Assembly (NCBI GenBank): GCA_013265495.1
Contig: MU058687.1
Span: 4,028,093 to 4,092,092 of the forward strand
Reading direction: 5' to 3'
Length of the DNA: 64,000 nucleotides
Origin: Vicugna vicugna
Lineage: Eukaryota
Shown here: piece by piece, positions 1 to 13,090 of the stretch
Layout of the letters: every line of letters begins with the position of its first letter
Numbering within the stretch: position 1 is the stretch's first letter
Notes under the pieces: generated by a model
The model's input: only the letters and a program-made list of their open reading frames with translations
Database searches by the model: none
Told to the model about the DNA's origin: nothing
Position numbers and translations under genes: made by a program

Positions 1-420
1 TACTGCTGGAGACCTGGACGATTTCCAGGGCAACCAACGGTTTAACTCATTTGATGATGTGGCCTCCCTGGGGTCCTTCCCTAAGTGCAATTCTAGGTTC
101 ATGACTGGGCCAGGGGTCTACACCCAATCTCCCCATTCCAGCCCCCCCCCCAATATTTAATGTCAGTGGCAGATGTAGCCATGAAGGATTGAGAAAGTCA
201 AGAGGACACTGTGGGCTGTGCTTTCTTTCTCTTTTCTCCTCTTCAAGAATGGAGCTGGCCTCTCTGGAAAAGTCTTCTGAGGCTTAGCAGCTTCCAGAGA
301 TCATAGCTGCTACGCAACAAATACTGCAGCTCAGATAAATAAGTAGTAACCAAGTGTCTACTGTCAACTAGTGTCAGGTGTCATGGAAGTCACAGGGACG
401 TGGGACTTGCCCTTGAGGAG

Positions 421-850
421 GTCATTTAATCATTTATTCAACAAGTATTCTGGACCATTTGCTATGGGCCTAACACTGTTGTAAGTCTTTAGGCTATCTT
501 GGTGAACAAAGCAAAGCCCTTGGTCCCTTGAAATGTTAGTGACACAGACAAATAAGGGAGCTGACATGAAAGTGAGGGAGGATAAGGAGCTGGAAGGTGA
601 CTAGAGGTTGAGGCTACTTGGATTTGGAGGTCGGGGGCGACCTCTGTGAAGAGGTGACATTTAAGCCAAGGGCTCAGTGAAGCAAACGAGATGGAGAAGT
701 TCTAGGGGCAGATTGTTCCAAGCAGAGTAAACTAACTGCAAGACCAAAACCAAGTCAGGACCAGCTTGGAGGCTCTAGGAACAGAAAGAAGAAGAGCAAC
801 TGAGAGGGAAAGTGGTGTGTGATAAGGATAGCAAAAGGGCTGCAGCCACA
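421..850 (-). mobile_element. L2 LINE 3' fragment
   Basis: catttattcaacaagtatt...tgctatgggcctaacactgt...gtgaacaaagc and ctctgtgaagaggtgacatttaagc match the reverse complement of the L2 3' end. Confidence 0.7.
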
Positions 851-1179
851 GAAGGCAGTTAGAACGTCAAGCTTTGGGCAGGTCGTAGAGATGAATATCC
901 CAGGATAAAGGTTCTAGCCGTTGATGACAACTCCTGCTCTGTCACCCAAGGAGAAGCAGAACTTGTTAATGGGCTACTACAGTCCTGTGTGTTCACAGCG
1001 AGGTCACTGCCCCTCCCCCAGGCGCGCAGTAATTCTGCTGTGCTGTGACACTGAATGACAGTGCTTTGTAGGCAGGTGGACTGAGAGAGCAGCTGGAGCA
1101 AACTCTCCTTGAAGGGGTCATCCTCAGTTATATACCATTTAGCCCACAGCCTTTCTTTCCTCCAACATAATACTGACTG

Positions 1180-1345
1180 CATATTATTGGGTTCTGAGTT
1201 TGACCCAGACCCTATGCTTAGCCTGGGTGCACATCATCTAGTTTAATCCTTGTAAAAGCCATGAGAGGTGGGTGGCATAATCACATTTGATAAATGAGGA
1301 AACAGGCTCCGAGAGATAAGATAACACTCCCACAATGGGTCATCT
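1180..1345 (-). mobile_element. MIR SINE
   Basis: tttaatcctt...atttgataaatgaggaaacaggctccgagag is the reverse-complement MIR core. Confidence 0.7.
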
Positions 1346-1532
1346 AGGAAGAGATAGAAACTCACAGAAGATAGAAGATAGCTTCATAGAAGACAGCATC
1401 AAACTCGTAAGGTAGGGACTTTTGGTAATCTCAGGTGAGGATAAACAGCTCAGGATACACCTCCTAGGGCAGCAGTAGGGGTGGGGTGAGAAGGAGAGAG
1501 AAACATTGAGAGATAGGCCACGTATCATAATA

Positions 1533-1752
1533 TCATGGACTAAACCAAGAGGAATTTTGCACCCCAAGTGTACGATTGGCAATGTCTGGGGGCATTTTTC
1601 CTTGTCATGCTGGGAGATGAATAGGGAGTGCTACTGACATCTAGTGGGTAGAGACCAGAGATGCTGCTAAACATTCCATGTTGCACAGGACGGCCCCACA
1701 ACAAAGAGTTATTGGCCCCAAATATCAACAGTGCTGAGGCTGAGAATCCCTG
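1533..1752 (+). mobile_element. MER20 (hAT-Charlie non-autonomous DNA transposon)
   Basis: ttggcaatgtctgg...tgctactgacatctagtgggtagagaccagagatgctgctaaacat...gcacaggacggccccacaacaaagagttat...gctgagaatccctg follows the MER20 consensus end to end. Confidence 0.9.
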
Positions 1753-2004
1753 GGGAAAGCTTTATAGTGCAAATTGCTCTTTGCTTCCCTCCTCTTACTT
1801 ATATCTCTGCCGTGGGGGTTACTGACACACTGTATCTCCAGATTCTGAATTAAAATCAAAATGGCTTTTTATGATTCCATTGGGATGGTATTTTTTCCCC
1901 AGCTCTTTTTGCTGTTCAAACTGTTAGTAAAGGGTAGTGAATAGCCAGATCTCAGGGAGAGTGGGCCCTGGTGTGGTCCTGCATCGTGCCTGTGGCTGAA
2001 GGGA

Positions 2005-2160
2005 GGCGTTAGTTAACTTCTACTGTGGTTTCCCCTGACCTGTAACACAGAGGTGATAGTACCTCCTCCAGCCACCTCTCAGGTTTGTTGTGAGAGCTCC
2101 ACCAGACGACAGATGTGAAAGTGCTTTTACAAAAAATGTGTTATGTAAATGTGTTATTAC
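2005..2160 (+). mobile_element. MIR-family SINE fragment
   Basis: gtttcccctgacctgtaa...gtttgttgtgagag...gatgtgaaagtgctttt resembles the MIR 3' half. Confidence 0.55.
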
Positions 2161-3324
2161 TAATCCTTATACCACTAAGAAAGCTAAACCATCATTATTC
2201 TGCCTCTGACAACACCAGTTCGTGGAACCATTAGAGTTCTGTACATTATAGTCTTAGAGGGCCATAGAAAGATCTGTAAGCGACCTCAAGAAGTTTCTCA
2301 TAAGAAAACAGCCAGTAACACAGCTGGGAATGATTAAAGTGAGGCAGGGAGATATGTCGCTTCTTACTCAGTTACTCAAATGTCCTTTGTTCACTTTCTT
2401 GCATCGTGGTTACCTTTAGAAGTAATAGAATAACTTCATTAAGAAAGTTGCTACCCTCCTCCCACTGGTCAGGGCTCTGAAGGTGCAGTCGAAACAGAAT
2501 AATTAGTTAATAGAAATGAAGAGAAAACAGCTCAAGTAATGACTACAGAACATCAGACAGCAAGGAGAGAGCTGCAAAAATGTCCGTTGTTGTTTGACAC
2601 TGGCCAACGTGTAGGAGGCTGGGAAAGTCCTAGGATTTCAGACCAACAGGCAGAATATCTAGGGGATACCTTTTTACATTCTTTTTCACCCTGAAATGTG
2701 TAGAATATAGGAGGGGAGCATCGTGAGCATTGTCTGACACAGGCCAGCCATTGCTGAGGGAGGCTTTGTGGGGAGGCAGGCAGTCTTGGATGCTGTAACA
2801 TGTGTGGGATCCGTCTTAGAGGAAGGGCTGAAGAAAAGGTTAGCTTAGTGGTCTGACTTCAGAAATATGTAGATGAGCCCCCCTACAGAAAATCTCCCTC
2901 CAGACTGTGCACTGGTCTCTGAAATTCCTTTAAGAGGAAATAAATCTTCCCTTTCTATATTTAAAGATGAAATCCTATTCTTCTTAAAATTTATCCTAAA
3001 ATGTGTCATATGATTACAGAAACTGAAAACATCCTTTCCCTAACTCCATAGTTTGAATGTGGGCTCTAAGTAAAGGCTTCCTTGCTTTGCCTGAATATCT
3101 ACTTTAATTGGCCATAACCGCAAACCTTTCCCCAGATGTCACTGGTTAACATCTTTCTCATGACCCTAAAGCCCTTTGCTGTTTCTTTTTGGGCATCTGA
3201 ATCTGATTGCACAGGACTTGATGAATCCCTATTCTTTGTTTTTCCTGTTCCTACCTACATCCCTGTCTTTTGTCCTACAAAGAGCCCTGTGGAGGCTCCA
3301 TGGGTTGGAGGAAAGAATATTCCA

Positions 3325-3480
3325 GGGACTGAGGAGACCTCAAGGGCAGACCTGGCTTTGCCATTAAATAATTTGACCTTGAACAAGCTATGAAAACTCT
3401 TTGGGCCTTAGTTCCTCTACCTGTTAAGTGAGAGGACCGGACTCGATATCTCCAAGGGACTTTCCAACTATAAGATTATG
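3325..3480 (+). mobile_element. MIR3/MIRc-like SINE
   Basis: ctttgccatt...tgaccttgaacaag...ctttgggccttagttcctctacctgttaa...tctccaagggactttccaactataagattatg. Confidence 0.6.
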
Positions 3481-4083
3481 GACTGGGGATGACTTTTCTT
3501 TTTGTCTTTGTTCAAGGAAGCCTCTCCTTCTTTACCATCACCTCTTAACCCCAGTCGGTATTTTCTCATCAACCCGATTCCTTCAAAGAGAATTTGAAAG
3601 GTGGCCATGGTCAAGGGAGATGCACAGGGCATTTGTGGTCAAAGGGATGCTGTAGCCATGGTTCAGGGGGACCCAAGGGTGCCCATAATCCAGGGGGTTT
3701 CATGGTTCAAGGGAATGCAACAGTGTCCATGAGTCGAGAGGCCATGGTTGGTCTCTCTTGGCAGGTTGTTGCCATCCCAGAAGGGTACAGGCACTGGATT
3801 ACTGATGCTGGCTTCAGTGGAATTAGAAGCAGGACTTTAAAACTTACCCTTGAAGATGCAGAGCTTGAAAGGTCACTGGCTCACAGCTGTGAGCCAACTT
3901 GAATAGACAAGTTGACAAGACAAAGCAGAGTCTGGACAACCTTGCAAAGCAGCAGACCCCGAATTCCTCATTTTCATGGATAATTACCATAGCCTTCAAT
4001 TTGAGGAACATGACAGTGTATCTGTGTACAATTTACTACTCTTTCAGGTGATGGAACCAGAGCCCTTGGAGTGCACGTGACTC

Positions 4084-4102
4084 TGTTGCCCTCTAGTGGC
4101 CA
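4084..4102 (-). promoter_or_regulatory. Candidate CTCF binding site
   Basis: Minus strand reads TGGCCACTAGAGGGCAACA, a close match to the CTCF core CCACYAGRKGGCR. Motif only; no binding data. Confidence 0.55.
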
Positions 4103-6319
4103 GAGTGGAGCAGGGTGCGCAGCAGTTCCCACTGTTGGACTTTTGTCGGCTTGGTGGTGCAGCTGAGACTGAGCTGGGGTTCACAGAGTCCCCCTGGAAC
4201 ATAGAGCTTCGAAGGGACTCAGGGAAACCTTTCCGCACACCTCCTGACTTGAGATGATGTGGAGGGTGCACCATCCCTCCTATTTTTGGGAGTCAGATCG
4301 GCAGCACAGAGAAGTCTTGTTTCGCCCAGAGTCATACAGTACCCAGCTGCAGAGCTGCAGTGTGCCTTCTGCTTCTGAGGTCAGGTGTCTGTGTTGTGGG
4401 GGCAGCTAAGGCACCTGGAATCTGCTGTCACAGTCACACATGTGCTGTGTCACTTCTGCCTCGGTGAGACGTTGTCTCCAGCAAACAGATATCGTTATAT
4501 GGTTTTCCAATTAACACTTCCCAAGGGGAGCTGCTTAATATGGATGAGGCTTTTTAACATTTGGCTTTGAAGAGAGGGTTACATGCAGTTGTAGCAGAAA
4601 GAGCCAACATCTCGGTAATTGGCTAAGGTTTGTAAAGGAGCAAGGCAGTCTGGAGGCACTTGCCGTCTCTGGGACTCAGGATCTTTGCAGAATGTATTAT
4701 TGTGGTTCAGGTTTTAAATGACTTTTCAGGTAAAATGGAAGGTGGGTCTAGGTGGAGAGTATTCCAAGAAGGTTATAGAACCCTAGACGCTAGTTGCAGA
4801 AAAGGAGATGGATTGCTGAAGGTCACATGTGTGTTGTTCATCTCAGGCTCAGGCAGACAGTTCTCAGTAGGGTTCCCTAACTCTGACTTTTGCCCTTGAA
4901 AACAGGCAGTTAAACATGAGGATTAGTTTATGGAGAAGCTGAAGAGGGTTGTGGGACCAGTGGATATGCAGCATGACCTCTGCTGCCCGGGGAGAGTCCA
5001 AGAGTCTATGAGGCATGGACAAGGCTACTTGTGGTATGCCAGCACCCCTTCCCTTAGGGCAGGAATGCCCAATTACCCAGCAGAACTCCTCTCCTTGACT
5101 TCTGCTTCCAACAGTTTAAGTCACGGAAGGGGAATGGGTGGAAATAAGACATTTTATAGTTCAACAGGGATTCTTTGAAAACACAGTGGCTTTCCATCTG
5201 TGGACTTTTGAATGTACCTTATGCTGGTAAAGCTATTGAGGGTTTAAATGATCCTCTTTTATGGCATGTTGCATTTCTTCCTCTGAAAAGGAGGAGCTTG
5301 AGTTACCTTTATTACTTTATAATGGAAATTTAATCTTATTTCTCACTCCCTACTCTCTCCATTGCATAGTTAACATGTAGTAATCGGGTACCTTCTAAAG
5401 ACAGTTCACCCCCTAAAGTAAGCATTTGCTAGATGATTCGACGACACTGAAGCCCATGCTCCTAGCCTGCACCCTTCTTGTCTCCCAAGTCAGAATCACC
5501 ATTGATGGTTTTCCTTTTATTCCACTTCCCCATCCTCCTCAACAGCACCAACCAGCCTCCATTGCTGGCATTCACCGAGTCCTGCTGACTTATTTTTCCT
5601 GTCGCTTCAGATTAATTTTTAACCAGATCGCTCTGTTTTTCACTCTATGCAAAAATCTCGTTAGCCTTGGGAAACCCTCGTGAGCTAACACGCCAGGGAT
5701 ATCTGTGGTGATTCTGAGGTATTTGCTGGGACAGGGTTAAATGGTTAGGAAAGGATGGAGGAGTAAGCAGTGGAGATGGAGTCCCGGGAGCAGATGAGTG
5801 GAGACTTGCTGGATGGTGGTGGAAAGATGGAGAGCCACAGGCTGGGCCGGGTGGCGGACGGCACAGGGTGACCTAAGAGGCTCCTGGAAGCCCTTCACTG
5901 CACTGCAATCCTGCCGTTCCTTCCCAGCTCGCAGATGGCCGGAGTCCCACCTTTCACTCGATGCAGCCGTGTGTACTTTAGGGATGGGAGAGGGAGCGCC
6001 ACACAGGAGGAGTGAAGAGGGGGCCTGAAGAACACATTCACTTATTACTCAGTTCTCTCCTGCATCGACTCTGGTCCTGGGTGCTCGACATTGGAGCCAC
6101 TAGAATTTGACCCACCTCTTACCCAGTAGCACAAATACGGGGAGATGGTGCGGGCTTAGGGAGAGCAGGTGGCTCCTACCTGCTAAAAGTGCCCCAACTT
6201 AGAGATATTTATATTTCACTCATGACAACCTTCCCTGTCACACATACTGCAGTAAAGTCAGCGATGTGTGCTGCTTGTCCTTTGGGGCCTCCCTTCCCCT
6301 CCTCCATTTAATGCTGGCC

Positions 6320-6990
6320 TCCGTGGTCCTACCTGACGACAGAGCTGAGGCCTTAGACCCACACCCTCTTACAGGGGGTCTACTTTCTGTACCTTTGGCT
6401 TCTGTGACATCGGACTGCCCCCTTCTTACGTTCGCTTTTAGAACTTTACTTCTTTTGGCTGTTACGAAGTGCTTATGCTTCTGAAGGTTCTGTCCCCCTC
6501 CCCCAACATCCTCTTTCTGGACAATCTCAAGCATCCCCTTCATGTTAATGAGCCTCGAATTCAAATTGCCAGCCCAGACCCCTCTCCTGGGCTCCAGACC
6601 TGTGTTTCCAGCTTCCTATTAAAACATCTCAACTGGTTTGTTCACAGGTACCTCAAACAACACATCTAAATCTGAATTCATTCTCTGTTCCACAAAAGTT
6701 ACTTCTCTGTTTCTTTTTAGAAGGATAGAAATGAATGGAGCAAGTGACAGACTTCATTTGCTCCATCACTTGGGGATTACCTGCACTTCTTCCTCCCACT
6801 CTCCCCATCTGCCCTTCTACCTATAGTCTCCAGTTTCTCACCGGGTCTTGGAATTAAGTTTATTAGGTATTTTCCCAGGCTGTTTCTCTTTGTCTGCACT
6901 GCCCTACTTTAGGGTTTCATCAGCTTTATTTGGCCTGGGATGTTGACCTCCAAGCCTCCAGGACCTGCATAAGGTTAATCACTAAAACAA
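6320..6990 (+). mobile_element. L2 LINE fragment
   Basis: ccagcccagacccctctcctgggctccagacctgtgtttccagcttcct...acatctc...cacaggtacctcaaac is a characteristic L2 segment. Confidence 0.7.
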
Positions 6991-9900
6991 AATCTGGATA
7001 CAGTTTTAAAACCAAATGTTATTTTAATGGAATCTGTGTTCATGCAGAAGGTTTTCAGACACTATTGCAGTCCCGTGAATGAGTGTAGTAAAGGCCAACA
7101 GACACCTTTTAGTGGGTGCCTGGTTTAAAAAAAAATCTCTTTGTGAGACAGAGTCATTTCCTGAGGTTCTCAGACAATGCCCAGAGCCATTATTTTTGGT
7201 CCTGTGACAACTTTGTGAGTAAGATATAGAGCTTATTCATGATAATTTCCTGTTACGGTTAGCTAATGAAGGTAGTCCTTCATGAAAGTTTCTTCTCTCT
7301 CTATAGCCTGTATTGATACCTTGAAAATAGATTCCTTTGGCACCCTTATCTTCTCCCATCTTGGTCCCTCTACCAATTCATGTAGATCTAGCTGGTAAAA
7401 AGGTTTATTCTGTTGCTGTTCCTTCCCAGCTAGCTTCCTAACATGCTCAGTTAAATTCCTGGAGTTTCTCCTTGGAGATTAAGATCCTATCTCAGAAAAT
7501 CTGTTCATTGAGAAGGTTGGGGAAATGCTAACAAGTTACCTTGGAGTTACCTTTGCCTTCCTTGGGATGGCATTCTTAGGTGGACACAGCTTTAAGATGT
7601 GCTGTTCTGCATGAATCACAATGAAGTCATCTGAGATGTGCTGCTGACCTGTGGGGCTCACGAGGCATCTCAAGGTCTTCTGTCATCTTCCTTTCAGACA
7701 CTCACAGTGACTAATTCTATAGAAATCACTCTTGGTGCTTCACCTTCAGAAAACAATTTTCTTTTTGAATACATATGGGATATAGAGGCTTCTCCCTGGA
7801 AGAGTGTCTGGTTTGCTTTTCATATTAGCTGTTAAAAAAATCCAAGGAAATCTGTCTCCAAAAGCAAGCAAAGCATCCTTCTCGCAAGTGACCATGCCTT
7901 GGGTTTTAGAGCCTGACTCATTGTTTCATCAGCCCTGCTCTCCTCTCCTCCTGGCCTTCTATCCAGGCCACCTAGGTTCTTTCCTCATTACTGGTGGTCA
8001 GCAGGGACTGATCTCCTGAGCCATCAGGGTTGACACGCAGAAGAAAGTGAACTGAGCAGTTGTTTTAACTCTTTACATCTGGTATATCACTCTGGGTCGG
8101 CACAGCTTTAGCTGAGAGAGTAGTGGAGCAACCAACCATAGGATCTCCAGATGACTCTAGGGTACCACCAGTTTCAGGGAGATGATTTTTTGTCTGTGAG
8201 TCATGGTCCCATTTGCAGGGGGGTTTAGACCCAGAAAGAGTCAGATCCCTATTCTGATTTCTCATGACCCTGAACCCCTGGCTAGGGCTAGGAGTGCTGA
8301 GTGATATTCTAAACCAGCCTGGTGTCTTCGGAGTCCTTGAGTAAAGATAACTTGGGTCAAATCATGTCACATACGCCTCCTTTAGTGCTGCATGGGAGAA
8401 ACTCCTTCTGAATGACCATAGCTGAGAAGGAGTGAAATGACCGCTTACCTTCAGGCTGGGAGTTAGGGTCATGGGTCATGGGGAGTCTGCAGGCCTGTTC
8501 TGCACTCAGCGTTGGGTGACAAGGCAACAAGTAGGCACCCCAAGGTCTTCCAGATCCAAACTCAACCATTTGTTTGCAGTGTTTTGTTTCTCTTTTGAGG
8601 GATAATGGACAGGAGAGTTAGAAAAAAGTATATATGTATAAGACTTTTAAACAAAATTGTCTGAAGCAGCATTGCCCCTGCTCAGGCCTGGAATTGCTTC
8701 ATACCCTTTGCCTTTCCCCAGGATGCCCAGAGGTTTTCTCCGTTGCCCCCAATCGCTCTCCCTTGTGCCCTGTGTTCTCATGGCATTTAAGGGCCCACCT
8801 GCTTACTTCACAAGGGCCCTCATTTCTGTATCCATCACGTTTTCTTTTTTTTTCTTCCAGTCTTAAGGTTTGCAATCAAGAGCCCTTTAACTGAAATCCT
8901 GGGCTGCCTGCCGCAGCTGTGGGGGTTCCCAGCCAACTGCCTTGTCCTCTGAAGAATAAATTCCCTTTGACAGTACCCCTTGTGAAAAAACAGAGCCAGT
9001 GTAGAGGATCTTACAGATAACTCAGAAAGAGAGAGGAGTTATGGCGGGTGGGAGGGGAGGACAGAAGATGGATTAGTATTTTTTCTTTATCACTTGGCAT
9101 GTTAAAGTTAATTATATTCCTTGGGAGACCTCTAGACAGTCATAATTAGGAATTATGATAATGCCTGCTGCGGCCTTACACATGTTCGTCTTACTGCCCG
9201 CCTCTTTGTGACTGCGGGCTGTGATTAATACCAGTCAGCATCACTAGGACAGGACCTCTCCTGCCTGCTGGGACCTTTGTGACTTCGCTGGCCAGTCTCA
9301 AGGGTCAGGAACACCTGGACAACCCAGTGAGCTAAAAAGAGTGGCCTTCGCAGACTAAGTACAGTCATAGGAAATGAAGCTGTTGGCAGTGTCAGTCACG
9401 GCTGTGAAAATAAGGATTTGGTTCCCAGATTTTCTACTTTCTCTTCTGCTTTTGCCGTGTTAAAAATTTTTTTTTCTTTTTTCTTTTTTTTTTTTTGGTG
9501 AACTTGAAAAATCCGCTTATTTGTTTATTTTTGTACAGAGAGGAAGCAGGGTCACCAGGATACCCATCCATGCTTATGAAGTGATTGTGCACAGGAATAA
9601 CCCCAAGAGGAAAGTGAAAAGGGAGCTCCTGGTCAGGTGTCTCAACTGAGTACCAGCCGCTGTAACAGGAAGATTAGTTTTAAGTCGAGGCAAAATCTGC
9701 TTTAACATTTCTGAGATCTAGTCTCCTTTTGACTGTGAATGGGGAAAAGTAAGAACCAGCTTACTTTTAAGTAGCTGCTTGTCGCCCCTAAAAAGGACTC
9801 TGGAGATCCTCTTCATTCTGTCGATTTTATTGGAGAGGAGTTTGTCTAGAGGAGTCAAGGCATCATTGGGCAAAGAGGCCCAGCTAGTTGTGTTGAGGCC

Positions 9901-10984
9901 TGCAATTGGTGGTCTCCAATGGGAGTATCAAAAGAAACCCCTTTGCCTGCTAGGCTGTTTAGCCTCAGACACTTGTAAGAAGCCCCTTAATAGCCCGGTT
10001 TAGAATAACAGTGGAGATCCATGTTCAAAGTCAGTCCTGTTTTCAGTAACATCTTTACAACATGGATATTCTGACAGACCAGAGACTTAAATACCAAGTC
10101 CTACCTCTCAAGATGATCTCAAAGGATGTTCAAGACCAGATGCAGAAAATACATGGCCCTGAACTTAGGGGATTCACCTTCAAAGTTTCTCTTTTTCAGA
10201 ACCTTTATCTAAAAGCGTGGTTCCAAAGAGACACAGTATAAGGCAAAGGATCTTGATTTTCTTCCTACTGCCTCCTTCACCTCCACCTCACGAGTTGACT
10301 CGGAGTTGTCTTTGCTTCTTGTAAGTCATAAAAAGCCTTGAGCCTTCCCTGAGGCTCAAGAGGAATTGTCTGCATTTTGATGAGATGAGTCACTTTTGAT
10401 GCCACAGTCCTCACTCTACAAGAACAAGGAGTGGTTAGTATCTTGACATCTAATTGTGTAAGTTACAGGACTTCCGTGGAGCTCAGAGGGGAAAGCTGGA
10501 CTCAGACACACAGATTCTGCTGGAAGTAATGAAAGGAAAGAAAAACTCTGTTTGAGTGACACCATTGGAATGTTAAAGAAATCCAGAGGGGGAAGAAAAT
10601 CCAAGTGAATGATACATACTGGGTCTCTGGCCCCTAATTTGACATTCAGGTCAGATCAGAACTAACCTTGTGAGATCTTGGAATGTAATTGTCATATAAA
10701 AAGGCCACTGGGCGAGGAGCTTTATTATACACGGTCATAAAAAATATGGGAGGCACCATCTCTGGGTATTTTTCTATCAAATCTTTACTCATTTCACACC
10801 CTTTACAAACATAAGCCGGAAGCGCTATATTTAAACATCTACATTTGTTGGGATTTCTTCTAAAAAATAAAACAAACAAGAGTCACATTTCACATGTGTT
10901 AAGTGGTGCAACAGTAAATCATATTTAGCAAGTTGGGAGAGGCTTCAGTTTTCATCGGTGTACAAAATGTCTACATGTAAATAT

Positions 10985-11069
10985 TGGAATCACTTTTCCT
11001 TTTTCTTTTTTTTTGAAGTGTAGTCAGTTTACAGTGTTGTGTCAATTTCTGATGTATGGAATCACTTTT
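10985..11069 (-). mobile_element. Extremely 5'-truncated L1 insertion (about 42 nt of 3' end plus tail) with 13-bp TSD
   Basis: TGGAATCACTTTT at 10985-10997 and 11057-11069 flanks a T-tail plus gaagtgtagtcagtttacagtgttgtgtcaatttctgatgta (L1 terminus). Confidence 0.8.
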
Positions 11070-11599
11070 TAAATGAAAGTGCTGCGATCAGCTTTTTAAA
11101 AAATAGTAAAACAATCACACCAGTCAACAGATGGAATCTTCATGTGACTGCAGGTGTGTGAGTGCGTGTGTGTGTGCGTCTGTTTGGCTTTCATTCCTTA
11201 GGATTAGTGGGATGACAAAATGTGTGAAGGAAGATAGATGATGGCTATTTTAAGCGGCACAAAAATGTGAGGAGAAGATGGGGAATGAAGAGGAGAGAGA
11301 GAGAGAGAAAAAAAACGATCAGGCAGGAAGAGGGACACGGGTATAAGACTGGAAGAAAAGATAAATTTCTTTAAACCAGAAAAATCAAAGGGATGTGTTT
11401 TCCCCTTACGGCAATAAGCACTTTTTTCTAGGGCTTTATACATTAACACCTATAATATAGATTTGCGCTATAAATACAAGCTGTCTTCAATGCATTTCTT
11501 TGGAATTATTTTCCCCGATGATTCCTTTGTGGTCTTATGACAAGGCCATGCCCTCATCTGACATTTTTATTTAGGAAAGAGCAACCTAAGTTTTCTTTG

Positions 11600-11905
11600 A
11601 TCGTGCTGCTTCCTTTGCCTGGAAACTCTCTGTGTCTTTTCCCCTAGACAGCTTTTGCACATTCTTCCAGACTAGCTCAGCTGTTTCACCACCCAGGAAA
11701 CCTTCCCTGTCTGTCTTTTCCCATCTTCCTTACTCTTGCTGCGTTTGCCTGCTCTGTGTTCTGAGAGCACATTCTATTTAAATGAATGCTTACTGTCTCT
11801 CCCACGAGACTGCTAACTACTAGCTTCAGAAACGTACGGCCATGTCTTACTCCAATCTATATTCCTGCAACCTAGCGTGATGTCACAGGTGCTCACTAAA
11901 TATCC
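11600..11905 (+). mobile_element. L2 LINE 3' fragment
   Basis: tgctgcttcctttgcctggaa...ggaaaccttccctg...gactgctaactac...acctagc...caggtgctcactaaatat. Confidence 0.65.
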
Positions 11906-12789
11906 TTTAAGCTCAGACGTATTTCTAGTTTAATGGTCCAACTCTCAGTGAAGCCAAGACTTGCTTTCAGAGGGGACAGTCAACTCGGGGGCATTTCTTG
12001 TTTAGCACCTGATCGTGTATTGACAAAACATTGTACGCTCTCTGTTGCAAAGTCAAAATACATCCTTTTCCGCAAACGGAGTAAGCCCTTTATTTCCCTT
12101 CTTTGGGAAATAAAAAAATGACGGTGATTGTTTTCAAGTAATGAGTATCCCTAAGTGTCTAAACAGCGATTGTGATTCTTTGTTTATTGAAGCACTTTCC
12201 TTAACTGTTCATGGCTTAGGTGAACCTCATTGTCCTGCTCCTCGTGCTCCTAGGATGAATTCCCTGAGATTCACCCTAGAATTGGCATGCCTAGAATTTT
12301 TATGATCCCAGCCACATGGTCTGTTTGGTGTCAGGCTCTCATAAGCTTTTGCCAAGAGCATTTGGTAGGTGACAGAGGTGTGGCGGGAGATCTCCATCTC
12401 CACCGGGGCGGAGGGCACTGCCTCCCCACATCACAGGGTACCCAGCGACATCTCTAGTAATGCAGAGCGTTCACTGGTGGCATAATTTTATGACAAGAAG
12501 ATCAGTAGTTTGAGGATTCAGAGATGAATCTTAAAATATGAATTCCTTTCCTTCTAAGCTTCCATGGCAAGCACTCTCACCTCTCTGCCTGCCTCTTTCG
12601 AGCTGGCTGTTTTATTAATCCCAAGGAACCAAGATCTGAGATCTCAGGCAGGACAACTGCCTCTTTTATGCAAACCTGAGCTCTGGCCCACCGTCTTGAG
12701 ACAGTGGTCTCGCTTCCGTAGGCCCAGCCTTCTGTCGTCACTGGCCCAGCCGTGAGGAGTCTGTGTGTCCTCCTGATCCCCTCTTTAGG

Positions 12790-12990
12790 TCGATTCTGTT
12801 ACTGTGCACTTTACCATGTGCTCGGCGTTGTGCTAGAGGCTGAGGATATAGGTGTGGAGAGGGCAGAGTACCTGCTTAGTGACCTCCTTATGGAGAACTT
12901 TGCCAGCAGGTTCACTCCTATCAGATGTACTGTGTGAGTGGCACGGGATAGTTCTATTCCACAGGTAATGGGAGAGCCAGGCATGATAGG
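12790..12990 (-). mobile_element. L2 fragment
   Basis: tactgtgcactttaccatgtgctcggcgttgtgctagaggctgaggatata matches the reverse L2 3' end. Confidence 0.55.
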
Positions 12991-13004
12991 TTGCTGTTCT
13001 TGTT

Positions 13005-13090
13005 AAAGCCTTGTTTTTTGTTTTGTTTTGTTTTGTTTTTTATCTAAGTACAGTCCGTGCACAATGTTGTATCACTTTCTGAAAGCCTCG
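13005..13090 (-). mobile_element. Extremely 5'-truncated L1 insertion with (GTTTT)n tail and short TSD
   Basis: AAAGCCTTG (13005) and AAAGCCTCG (13082) flank (tgttt)n plus aagtacagtccgtgcacaatgttgtatcactttctg, homologous to the L1 terminus at 11015-11056. Confidence 0.65.
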
